Assembly: GCA_039545335.1 (NCBI GenBank)
Contig: BCIN01000005.1
Span: 496,001-560,000 of the forward strand
Direction: 5' to 3'
Source: Kondoa subrosea
Lineage: Eukaryota
Length of the DNA stretch: 64,000 nucleotides
How positions within the stretch are numbered: the stretch's first letter is position 1; the number at the start of each line of letters is the position of its first letter. Below are positions 53,403-64,000 of this stretch, piece after piece. The notes below the pieces were generated by a model that saw only the letters and a program-made list of their open reading frames with translations, made no database searches and was not told the origin of the DNA. Position numbers and translations under genes: made by a program.

Positions 53403-56087
53403 TTATGTACTCTTTGCTTGTGCATCTTTTAAGCTTTGCAAATCATCCTCCATGCTGTCTCCTTGTTGAGCCTCCCACACTGCTCAAACTCAGCGTTGGA
53501 CGGCCAACATGACGAAAGCCACTTACAGCTTGCATACACGCCATTCTGTTCCAGCAGTTCGCCATGCGTGCCTTGTTCAGCTACCTTTCCATTCGCAAGA
53601 ACAATAATCAAATCTAAGGAACATTTCAGCCAAGGTGAACTTCTTATACTGCTATGGAGACAGACCAGAGTCCGCTACCGTTTTCAGCCTGTGCGCGATG
53701 AAGACGCTTGTTCTCTGTTTGTTCAGAAGAGTCGAATTGATGTTCCGCATCAGTTCAGTCTCGGTATATGTATCTAGAGCGGAAGTCTATTTGGTGCATC
53801 AGCACATTAATGAGCGGAATTAAAACTCTCCTTACCGCCTCATCGAAGAAAACTATAGGCGAGTCCTTCAAAAGCAGTCTGGCGACAGCTAATCGCTGCT
53901 TCTCTCCGCCGCTGATCATCAACCTGCGTGTCGTTTATGAGCTGAGATATAATCATACAGCATAGAAACTTACCCTCGCTCTCCAACCTGCGTCTTCCAC
54001 TGTTCGGGAAGAGATTCGATCGTTCTGAGCACATTCGCCTGTTCAGCAGCGACTTTGACTTCTTCATCTGTCGCATCTAGTCTTCCGTAGCGAATGTTGT
54101 GCATAATATCGGAATGGAACAGCGGTGTATCTTGAGGTACTACTCCAATAGCCCGTCTCAGACTGTCCAGATCCACATTTCTTACGTCTTGACCATCAAT
54201 CAGAACACGACCAGAATCCACGTCGTAAAAGCGGAAAAGCAAGCGCAAGACAGTTGATTTACCACAACCTGATGGTCCGACGATAGCGACCTTTTTGCCC
54301 GCCGGTATGGTGAAAGAGGCATTTTTGAAGATGGATCGATCATCTCTATAGCCAAAGGAAACATTTTCAAAGCGGATCTCTCCTCCTTGTATCCTTAATG
54401 GCTTTGCATCTTCAGATGACTGCAAGTATGTCAGTCCGACATACAGGCTAGTGAGGAAATTCCGCACTTTGACAGCTAATTTGGTGTTCTGTAAGCTGAA
54501 GAGCGTGTCCATGTCGATCAGACTCTGCCTTAATTCGCGGTAGACGGTTCCTGTGACTCCTTCAGCATGTACGGATGAGAAAATGCAGCATAAACTGACC
54601 CAAAAAGTTCAAGGGTAAGCTCAGCTGGAACACAAGTTGATTGACCATAACCAGATCACCGACGGTCATCGTACCTGTCTCCAGTTCAGCCAGAGGAAAG
54701 TTTAATTTGATGAGCAACTGACCATCCATTACTCCTCTTGCAGCAAGGATCATAATCAAAGTAAGAGCACCCGAAAAGATGACGCTTTGGCCGGAATTCA
54801 GCAAAGCCAAAGAAGTAGCAATCTTGACTGAAGCTTTCTCATAAGCAAGCATAGCTTTATCGTATTGACCAACTTCGAAAGCTTCGTTATTGAAATGCTT
54901 GACTGCTTCGTAATTGATGAGTGAGTCAACGGATACTGTTGCTGCTTTGTTGTCTGCTTTGTTTGCATCTTTTCGGAAACGTGTTCTCCAGCTTGTGGTC
55001 TTGATAGTGAACCAGGTGTAAGCTGCCATTGTAGTAATTGTTGCAGCTGCGAAATCGACGCCAAATTTGTAAGTCTACGAAAAGTTTCAGCTCCCGTACG
55101 AAGCATAACAAGTAGAGGAGACGAACCAGAATTCCGCATACCATGCTCATTTCCAGTACAGTGGGTACAACATGAAATACCAAAGAGGTGAGCAGGAAAG
55201 AGATACCTCTGCAGGAAGATCAACGGCGTGTCAAATGTATACACTGAGACCCACTTTGTACCTCTATCCATAGCTCTAGTGAGACCACCAGTCTGCCGTG
55301 TAAGATGAAAAGCTTGATCAAGGTTGAGAAGATGGGAGAAGACGTTTCTTGCAACTCTACGGATAGCGCTCTGAGCTACATTTGCAAAGACTGCGTTCCG
55401 TAGTTCGGAGAATATAGTGGAGAAAACTCTGGCGAGACCATCTGCGACAGCACAGCATTTCAGAGTATGTCATGAGCTCGCGGCTGGAGAGACGGACAGC
55501 CTACAAGGCCTGTTCCTGCGACGGTCCAGAAGGTTTGTTGACTCGTGAGTTCCGATATTGGGATGTTGAGAGAGTCGACGACTGATTTGAAGTAGAATGG
55601 GACTTGGACATTCAACAGCTGTCAGAGGATCGCTAAAGATTGATCTGTTCCGCCTTCGATTGACAAGCCTTACCTTTCCTGCTACCAGCAAGCTCACTGC
55701 GACTACCACTCTGGTCTTGGTGCCAGTATCACCTTTAGGCCAAATATTTGGTATAAGCTGCTTGACGATAGCATAATCCTTTTGACGTTGCGTTCGTGTG
55801 TCTACGACTTCTTCAGCTTTGGCTAGAGCTTGATCAGGACTTTGTTCGGCCGCTGAGTTGTCATGAGGATGTCGACCTGAAGCTGGTTGCTGGCCTATCG
55901 TATCTGGCACAGATTTGGCTAGAGATGCATGATGTCTTGTCAGAGCGAGATTGAGAGGACTGATGAGCCGCCGAAGTTTGCATGATGCAACTGGAGAAAG
56001 CGTGCAAGTGTTGATTCGATCAAACGAATGTATAGACGAGAGAGCTGTGGGACTTCTTGAAATCTGACTCAGAGCTCTAGCGTACAT
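53403..56087 (-). CDS. ATM1: Mitochondrial ABC transporter Atm1/ABCB7
   Basis: [68 protein letters not shown]. Confidence 0.95.
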
Positions 56088-56314
56088 ATACGAGAGCGCA
56101 GGGTATTGATCCTTCTAGAGCCTAATGAAAGGATATTGGTTGTATGAGACGGAAGAGACTCAGGAAGATCTAATCTGATTACAATTTACAAGATTGGGCC
56201 ACACAGCACGTAGAGGGGACGAATGAGACAGGAATACTGCTATGCTACGTTGCAAATCTCCTTGATTGACTACAGCATACATAAACCTAGGGTCTAGATT
56301 GACCAGAAGCCCGT

Positions 56315-56663
56315 TTAGCAACATGTACCCTGGCAAGTTGCGCAAACCGCGCCGCATGGTCGAGAAGTACAGAGCCAGATTGGCGTAGGTGCATTAGGGA
56401 AACTAGCAATGGTGGTGCCCCATTCTTCACAGTACGGGTAGTTTGGATAACTGGGCAACGTGTGTTAGCTGAAGTACGAAGCGGAGAGCCGACTACACTG
56501 ACTTCTTCGCGCAATAAGCATTGCCACCGCTGTTTGAAGCCCCAACAGCGCAGAGCTTGCTTTGTGTTTGAGTTTGAATACATTTCTTGTCGAGAGCAAC
56601 AAGAGGGGATGCAGCGGAAGCCAGTACCGTGACGAGGACAAGAAGAGTGCTGGCGAACTTCAT
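56315..56663 (-). CDS. Small secreted cysteine-rich peptide, copy 1 (two exons)
   Basis: MKFASTLLVLVTVLASAASPLVALDKKCIQTQTQSKLCAVGASNSGGNAYCAKNYPNYPYCEEWGTTIASFPNAPTPIWLCTSRPCGAVCATCQGTCC*. Confidence 0.85.
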
Positions 56664-57668
56664 GATTGAGACTGCTGGCATAATCAGATCGGATAATCGT
56701 TCAAAGCGCGAGAAAACATACTGACTATTTCAAGAGGGATGAAAAGGTGATACAGAAGAAGAAAGAGAGACGAGAGAGCAAGCGTATTTAAGCAAAAGAA
56801 AATCCGCTCTAACCGAGCAATTCAGACCAACGAGCGCTAATTTCGACCCATGAGAAGTAGTTCCCATGAAACGTCACCATCGGGCCAATATGGGAGCGGT
56901 CTGAAGCCTTTGTTGCGCATTGGTTCTTGTGTTCCGTAGAGCTCTCGCATAATCATCACTTTGCGGAGAAGCTCAGAGATGGAAAAGACTGACTCCGATG
57001 CCGGCGCATCTATTGGAGTCATTACAATATAGAGAAGAGCGGTCTACACTGCAAGAAGAGGAAGAAATAGCTCCAAACTTTATGTTTCTGTTTGCGTGAG
57101 ACAAGGTAAAAACGAAATAGTACTCACTGATAGTTTTAGGCACATGCTAGTAGCAGCAAGGTAGATCGGTGAAATAGGGCATTCACAACATCGGTGCGAG
57201 CAGCAATCCTTCCACAGTACTCCATGCATTTTCAATGCAGAATTCGACACATAGTATGATTCTGCTCAGCTCTCTTTCCAACGCTGAAGAAAGTTTCGCC
57301 GCCAGCGGTCTAGTCTTTTACGTGAGTGGCGAGCTGTAATCTAGTAGCAAGCGATAGGCATAGACCATGTCAGTATGCTATTACTTGTAGTTCTTCAGCA
57401 AGCGAGTCCTTCTTCATATCTGACTGAGAGCTCTAGCGCGCATATATGAATACAGAGGATTGATTCTTCTGGAGCTTGTAGAGGGATGTGGTGGTATCAA
57501 GATGAAGCGACTCAACAGCTCTAATCTGATTACAACTTGCCGATCAGTCGTATCAAGGGCAAAGGCGAACAAATAATGAGACAGGGATTTCGCTACGTTG
57601 CACATCTTCTTAATTCACTACACCAACACTACTTATAGCCCAAGAATACAGATTGACTCGACACCCAT

Positions 57669-58016
57669 CTAGCAACATGCACCTTTGCAAGTTGCGCAGA
57701 TAGCACCGCATGGTCGAGAAGTACAGAGCCAGTTTGGATGAGGCTGGTTAGGGTAGCTAGCGATGGTGGTGCCCCATTCTTGACAATAAGGATAGTTTGG
57801 ATAACTGGGAACATGTATCAGCTGAAGTACGAAGGCAAGAGACTATCACACTGACTGCTTTGCGCAATAAGCATCACCACCTTTATTTGAGGCTCCAACA
57901 GCGCAGACTTTGCTTTGTGTTTGACTTTGAGTACATTTCTTTTCGACAGCGACAAGAGGGGATGCAGTGCAAGCCATTGCTGTAGCGAGAACAAGAAGAG
58001 TGCTGATGAACTTCAT
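57669..58016 (-). CDS. Small secreted cysteine-rich peptide, copy 2 (two exons)
   Basis: MKFISTLLVLATAMACTASPLVAVEKKCTQSQTQSKVCAVGASNKGGDAYCAKHYPNYPYCQEWGTTIASYPNQPHPNWLCTSRPCGAICATCKGACC*. Confidence 0.85.
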
Positions 58017-58708
58017 GATTGACTGCTGGGACGATCAGAGAACCATATCAGATCGGAGATTTCCTGACTGCGCGAGAAAACATACTGACTATTTGAAGAA
58101 GAAAGAAGAAGATGTGTTTGATACAGAAGAAGAAAGAGAAGAGAGATATCAAGCGTATTTAAAGCACAGGACAACTCCGCTCCAAAGAACTTAATCGAGG
58201 CAATTCAGACCCGCGAGCGCTAATTTCGACCCGCGAGAACTAGTCCACATGAGACCTCGCTGGTCAAACAATTTATTGCCAACTTGTGAGCGGTCTGGAG
58301 CCTTCGGTGCACGTTGTTTGTCCAGCAAATAATGCCCAAATAGTCACTTTGCGGAGAAGAGAGGAAGAAAGTTGACTCTAGTGCAACGCCTCATCTATCG
58401 CAGTCGTTGCAAATAATAGCAGAGAGCAGTCGAGACTGCGCAGAGACTGTAGAACGAAAGGAAGCAACTTCGATTTCAAGTCTTTGTCGCTGTTGCGAGC
58501 AAGAGTTTAATGAAAAAACACTACACACTCAAAAGTTCGCAGTAAAGACTGTAAACTGAATCAAGATGACTAGGACGTTCGCAACAGTAGTAAGAGCAGT
58601 AATTCTTCCACAGTATCGCATGCATTCCCAATACAAAATTCGACACATAGTATGATTTTGCTCCCTTTCCGATTCTGAGAAAGTTTCGCCGCCAGCGGTC
58701 TTGTCTAA

Positions 58709-61271
58709 TTACGCGAGTAGCGCGCTATACTCTAGTAGTAAGCGATAGACATAGACCTATCACATTTTGCCTATTAGTTGTAGGTTTTTTTTGGCAAGCG
58801 AATGAGAACATACCTCCATGTCACTCGATCTTACATTCCTCCTCTTCCACCTTGACCCTGCCAGCGCAATATCTCTCAACGCCCTATCCGGATCAAACAA
58901 TGCTCCCTCTTCCGCTAAAGGATCAATAGCTTTCACTGGTTCTTTCTTCGGTGTCAACGAAACCAGCACGGGACTAGTAGCTGAAAATGTTGTGCTGTTG
59001 CTGAGAACTTCTTTCGCTTTGGACTTCTTCTTTCCTTTTCCTTTTGCATTGGCTGCTTCTAACATGGCTGAGGCTAATGCCAGAGCTGCTTCTTCTTCTG
59101 CTGCCGTTACGTTTTTGGCTGTCGATACCAGTTCTTTTGGAAAGCCAGTGAAGAAGGATTGAATATTATGAATCTCCGAGTATGAAGTGGATAGAGGGAT
59201 ATAGTGATACCTGTAAGTTGAAGTCACAAAGAGTTAGATTTTTCCAACTTTGCTGACTCCGTAAGCTTACCAAGGTACGACCCAGTTGTTCCAGAACTCC
59301 TTTTGTATAGTCGCCTTCAATACAGCGCATCTGCTTTCCATCAAAGCCAAGAATTTCGGACTTAGACCAACTTCGTCCAAATCCACCAACAACTTATGTT
59401 TCCATGCTTCACTCAATGGTGTAGGTGGTTCAACTCTGTAACCTTGTTTCTGAATGTTCTTGCATTCACCTAATTTTGGATCGCAAGAAAGAGCGACATC
59501 CATAGTAAGGTTGTTCACGCGACCAAGAGGTGCAGAGAGGGAGAGTAAAGACGAAGTATCCGAGTCCAAAGTAATGAGAGTTCTTCTTGGTTGTCTAGCT
59601 TCAGCAATAGGTACAATCAAAGGATTGTTACCCGCTTTTCGATCCGCCACTGAAATTTTGGAACCGGCAGCTTGTCTTCCATCGTCGTTTGCGAGGGAGA
59701 CCAATCGTTGCTTCTGGAAATGAGGAGCATGTCCGATTGGCGTTTCTGCACCTTTAGTGACTTTGCCTCGCCAGAAAATAGTATTGTCTTTTTCGGACCA
59801 AGGTACATCTGCAGTTACTTTTGTTCGACCTTTCTTCAGTTCCCAATCGTAAGTGAATTCAGAGCTTGGTGACCAGTAGTGATGTGACGGTATAAGCAGA
59901 TCTGCAAATCCAGCAGGTTTTGATGGAGAGAAGAGAGGGTAGAGGAAAGGTATTGCTCGAGTGTTCGTGAAGAACGCGGAATGGAAACCATGGAGAGCAG
60001 GATTGCGACATATTTCAGCAAATGTGTTCGCAGCAGGACTGAAAGTGAGTTCTCGGATAGGTGGAAGTGAAGCTCCGTTCTTCGGTCTTCGTCGGCTACC
60101 GAACGCACCATAGACTGCATTGTTGTGTGATGTGAGCACTTCGACAGCTGGCGAGACTCCTGGTACTGGTTCTTGGGCCAATCGTTGTTGTCTCAAACGA
60201 TCTTCAGATTCGGATGCTCGAAGGGAAGTTGTCAGCCGGCGAGATGCTGAATTTGGCGTGCAAGCTCTCTTGAAGACTTCCCATGTCGTTCCTAGAAGAT
60301 ATCGATCACCTTCAGGTTTCCATTCCAGACTGAACGGTAGTAGCGATGTTAGAGGGTCAGAGTTATCTGTTGTGCCCGATAAGCGCAGCTCTCCCGAACC
60401 AGTGAATAGACTTACTCTTCTGCAGATCGTCTTCGACAATACCCCATTCGTGAACCGGCACTGTTTGCTTAATTTCAGGTAACACTCTTCCCTCCAACCG
60501 TTCGTTGATGGCAATCTCCATATCTGGCAGTTCCGTTACAAAATCCCTGATCATCTCTTCAAAAGCTAAAGCAGGTGCCCATCTACCACTCTTGGAGTTG
60601 ACCTGACTTTTTCCGCCCTTGATGGATACAATGGACACTCCAGGTATTTGACTTAAAGTTTTTGTTCGCTGTCTTAACACAGCAGGTGTGAGTTGAGCGA
60701 AAGGTGAGAGATCGACCATGAGTTGATCATATTCGTCCACTAAAGTGTGGTTGCGCGCTTCAGCGAAAGCGTACCATTTGTCGTATCCGGTTGGCGGTTC
60801 TTTGCCATAGCGTTGACGATAGGTAGCTCTAGCTTGTTGTAAGGATTGCGATTGGCGGTTAATCAACGCTGTATGTCGCTCTCGCGCGCGTTGAAGAAGA
60901 GTGAGGATAGGATGAAGTGTTGTGTCTTTTGGCTGAGCAGGGAAAGAGTTTGCTACATAGTTGTTGATATAGCCAGCCAAGGCTTGATGTCCTTGTGCGA
61001 GAGTCTGCTTCTGTTCAGGTGTAGATAGCGAAGTTGCTGAATAAATCACGAGACCCAAAACTGCTAGCAGACCTAAGCAAAGCAAAGGACGCCGTCTTTG
61101 AGGCCTTTTCGATGAGGTCCCATTCCGTATCGGGGGCGATCCAGCTCGGTTGCCGCCCAGCATCGCAGCTTTAGCTCTATTGGGATTATCTGAATTTCTG
61201 TAACTTGGTTCGGGTGCTTCTAAATCAATGTCTGTGTATGAGGTGTGTTGCTTCTCGCTGTTGCCGTTCAT
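58709..61271 (-). CDS. Glycosyltransferase family 90 (CAP10/Cxt1-like), type II membrane protein
   Basis: TM anchor; YRQRYGKEPPTGYDKWYAFA, DEYDQLMVDLSPF, LPDMEIAIN, PLFSPSK, FADLLIPS, IFWRGK, YHYIPL, DMEVYVYRLLLEY. Confidence 0.85.
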
Positions 61272-61679
61272 GCTCAGAGAGAAAAGACAGGCAGCAGCTC
61301 GCCAAAGGGCAAGAACTTCGCGGCTTCAAAGAGCTGCAAAAGGCACAAAGGAAAGTTGAAGAGCCTTCGCACCAGAGTCGCTGATTTAGTGGAAGGCAGG
61401 ATATAGCTGCATGCGAGGGTATCTGGCGCGGTCAGGACCAGCTTTGCAGCCGAGTGATGGATTCAGGATAAGAAGCTTCCGGCCAATTTGTAGGTCGCGA
61501 GATTTGGGTCGAAGAGCTCGTTGATTTGCAGATTTGGGACGTTGTGCTATAGGAGTACATGCAGAAATAGCAGGCAGATCATTCTCATCCTGAACACGAT
61601 GATTCCTTTACCCCTTCTACCGCTTTTGCTTCTATTCTTTCAATGGTATAACAGTGCTGTGTCCGTTCTCAATTTCTGG

Positions 61680-63921
61680 CTATTCTTCGACGGAAATGGA
61701 CTTACTGGAAATATAGACATGCTCTTTACACTCTTCCCCTCGAACTACAGCTCTCCCCAAGCTGTAGAGCATAAAATCAGAAAGGATGTTCTTACCGCCC
61801 ATAGGACAAGGGAACTTACAGCGATCGTGTCGGACAATCCTTGGATCGCCGCTATAGTTCTTGAGCGGCTCCCAGACAGGTTCCACATCTGGTCCTTCGA
61901 TATCTCCTGCACCATCCCAACCCCAGCACCAAACTGCAGCAGACTCTTTAGTCTAAGAGCATTGCTTGTGGCAAGAACGAAAACTGACCATAACCAGGTG
62001 GTTCTTTGAACTCTAATGGTTCACTCTCTTCAGGTCGGAACAAACGATCATGAGGACCAAACCAGGATCGATCTTGCGGATCTGAGTTAGGATCATCTGG
62101 ATGTCCACCTAACCTCGAGTAGGCTCGAATGATAGTAAGGTTCCTTCTGTCAGGATGGATCACATCCCAGACTTGCTGTACAGAGTGCCATACAATCAGT
62201 TGATAGACATTGAAATATGTTTTATCCGCACCTTATCGTATGCCAATTTCACTCTAGGGACCATCAGAATTCGTCCATACCCAGCTTCCCAATAATCGTT
62301 GCAAATCAAAGAACATTCACTAGCCGAACATTCGCCTTCTCCTAATCTAGCCATCCTGAATCTGACATGTGGATGCGCATACATCGGAGCAGGATCAAGT
62401 ACGGCGATACCATTCCAGCAAGACTGAACTTGAATTGGTAGATGCCTTTGGAAACGATGACCTGATTCTGGATCGCGGAAGATAGCTTCGAAAGGTGCAT
62501 TTTCGAGTGCTGTACCGTTCATGTCCCTTGATACCCAGTTATCACTAGATGACCGAATTAAATCACGTCTAACTCAAATAACAGGAAAAAAGCTTACTAG
62601 AAGACAGGTTGATTGATCTCGTCGTGGTAAATATAATCGGCTCCACAGGTGATTCCAGCATTCTGACGACGACTTTGCCAGATGAGTTCCAATACATCGT
62701 CCACGCAAGGCAAGACATCGTTCTGGAAAATGACTGAATCGAAGACCTGTACGAAGATGGTGTGTGAACAAGGTCTACACCTGATCAGACGCCTTCAAAC
62801 GTACCTCTCCTTCTGCATCCCTCAACTCTTGCAAAGGTGCCAGAGCAGCGTTTCGGACTTCTGCCAAGTATTCAATTCGATGATGGAAAGCACCTCTTGT
62901 TCTTAAACTGGTCCGAATGATGACTCTTAACCCTACACTTCTTGCCAAAGCATCAAACAATCGCAAAAGTGCCTTCGTTTGATCCGTCGAACCATTTTCA
63001 TAAACGGAGACGAATACGTTTTGGAAGCCAAGGATAGAAGAGACTTTGAACATGGTAGAGAAGAGATCAGGGATGATATCGAAAGAGTTGTAGAGGTTGA
63101 TAGCGAAGAAGTATTTATGACCATCTTGCCAATTACCCATATCGGCGCGATGTTTGCCTTTTCCTGAAGCACCACCTTTTTGCGCATTGAGAATCCCATT
63201 CTTGAGTTCATCTTTTCCTTTAGCTAACAAAGAATCCGAATCTTTCGAGAACCGACGATGATTTCGATCATGAGATTTGAAGATTCGATCCACCTCTTCA
63301 TCGGAATCTCCATGATCGAATCCACCTTTCGCCATCCAAGCTTTTGGTACTACTCTGTTGAGTAATTTGAATGCAGATCTTCTAGCATCTTTTCTCTGAT
63401 AACCGACTAGAGGTTCATATCGCTCATACACCTGCCTCTTGTACGACGTTTGAACCGTTCGAGTACATTCTTTAGTATGATAACCAGGCATAGTAGATAA
63501 GACGTTGAAAACTCGATGTCTTTGAGCTAGAGTAGGTGTATAGTAAGGATTATGCCTTGTTCCTCCGACTCGATTCGAATGAGCCCAAGTTGGCGTTTTA
63601 GCTCCTGATAGCGAGTAAGCGCCACCAGAAGCAGGTTGCAGGGATTGAGCAACCAGGAGGCCCACGACTATTCCGATCAGTAGAGAGCCGACTGCCGGTA
63701 GCTGTATCGTTTCAATGAGCTTCAATCCGCTCCGTACTGCTGAGGACGCATACCTTGCGCTTGAGATAAGCGTAAATCAAGCCAATAGAAAGAGGTTGTG
63801 AAGGGTTCGGTCCATCGTCTGCTGTTGGAACACCCTTTTCGTTATTCGATAAAGAAATAGAGTCGTTAACTTTCCGTCTTCGAGGTGTTGTAGACATCGA
63901 AAGAGCGCTTGCTGAAGACAT
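61680..63921 (-). CDS. CAP59: CAP59-like alpha-1,3-mannosyltransferase (GT69)
   Basis: YFFAINLYNSFDIIPDLF...VFVSVYENGSTDQTKALL...HHRIEYLAEVRNAALAPL, DNWVSRDMNG, VQSCWNGIAVL, GECSASECSLICNDYW. Confidence 0.88.
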
Positions 63922-64000
63922 GTTGGCGAGAAGCAGGCTCTCAGAGCTTAGGCGATCACGCAAGGGAAAAGAAGGTTGGAATTTCAAGCGGTCTTGGCCT

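Larger units (their letters stand above)
56060..58760. repeat. Diverged ~1.35-kb tandem duplication (about 56060-57370 and 57415-58760)
   Basis: Collinear similarity runs from the ATM1 start region through the Cys-rich peptide gene and its promoter to the last exon of the GT90 gene. Confidence 0.8.

Overview
Compact, intron-rich fungal genomic DNA; the CAP59/CAP10 homologues, ~50-nt introns with CTRAC branch points and many microexons suggest a basidiomycete. It holds about 30 spliced protein genes: G6P 1-epimerase, two F-box paralogues, two head-to-head flavodoxin-like quinone reductases, Snu66/SART1, a Ras GTPase, BNA6, a siderophore MFS transporter plus a broken duplicate, a His-rich secreted protein, AMSH, U1A/U2B'', three GNATs, dynamitin, YME1, calmodulin, WASP, UBC13, two MYND proteins, RPP1, RPL24, myotubularin, ATM1, two Cys-rich secreted peptides, a GT90/CAP10-like gene and CAP59. 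The standout is at 20999-21178 (minus strand): a complete 74-nt tRNA-Asn(GTT) that appears only after removing two mRNA-type (GT...CTRAC...CAG) introns at non-canonical positions 13/14 and 50/51, i.e. a candidate tRNA gene with spliceosomal introns. Also notable: a 478-bp MITE with an 8-bp TSD, a 15-exon symmetric microexon array encoding the WASP polyproline region, start codons split by an intron in both F-box genes, several GC-AG introns, and a 3.3-kb tandem duplication that may be partly an assembly artefact. All gene models were spliced by eye and family calls come from recognised motifs, not database searches.
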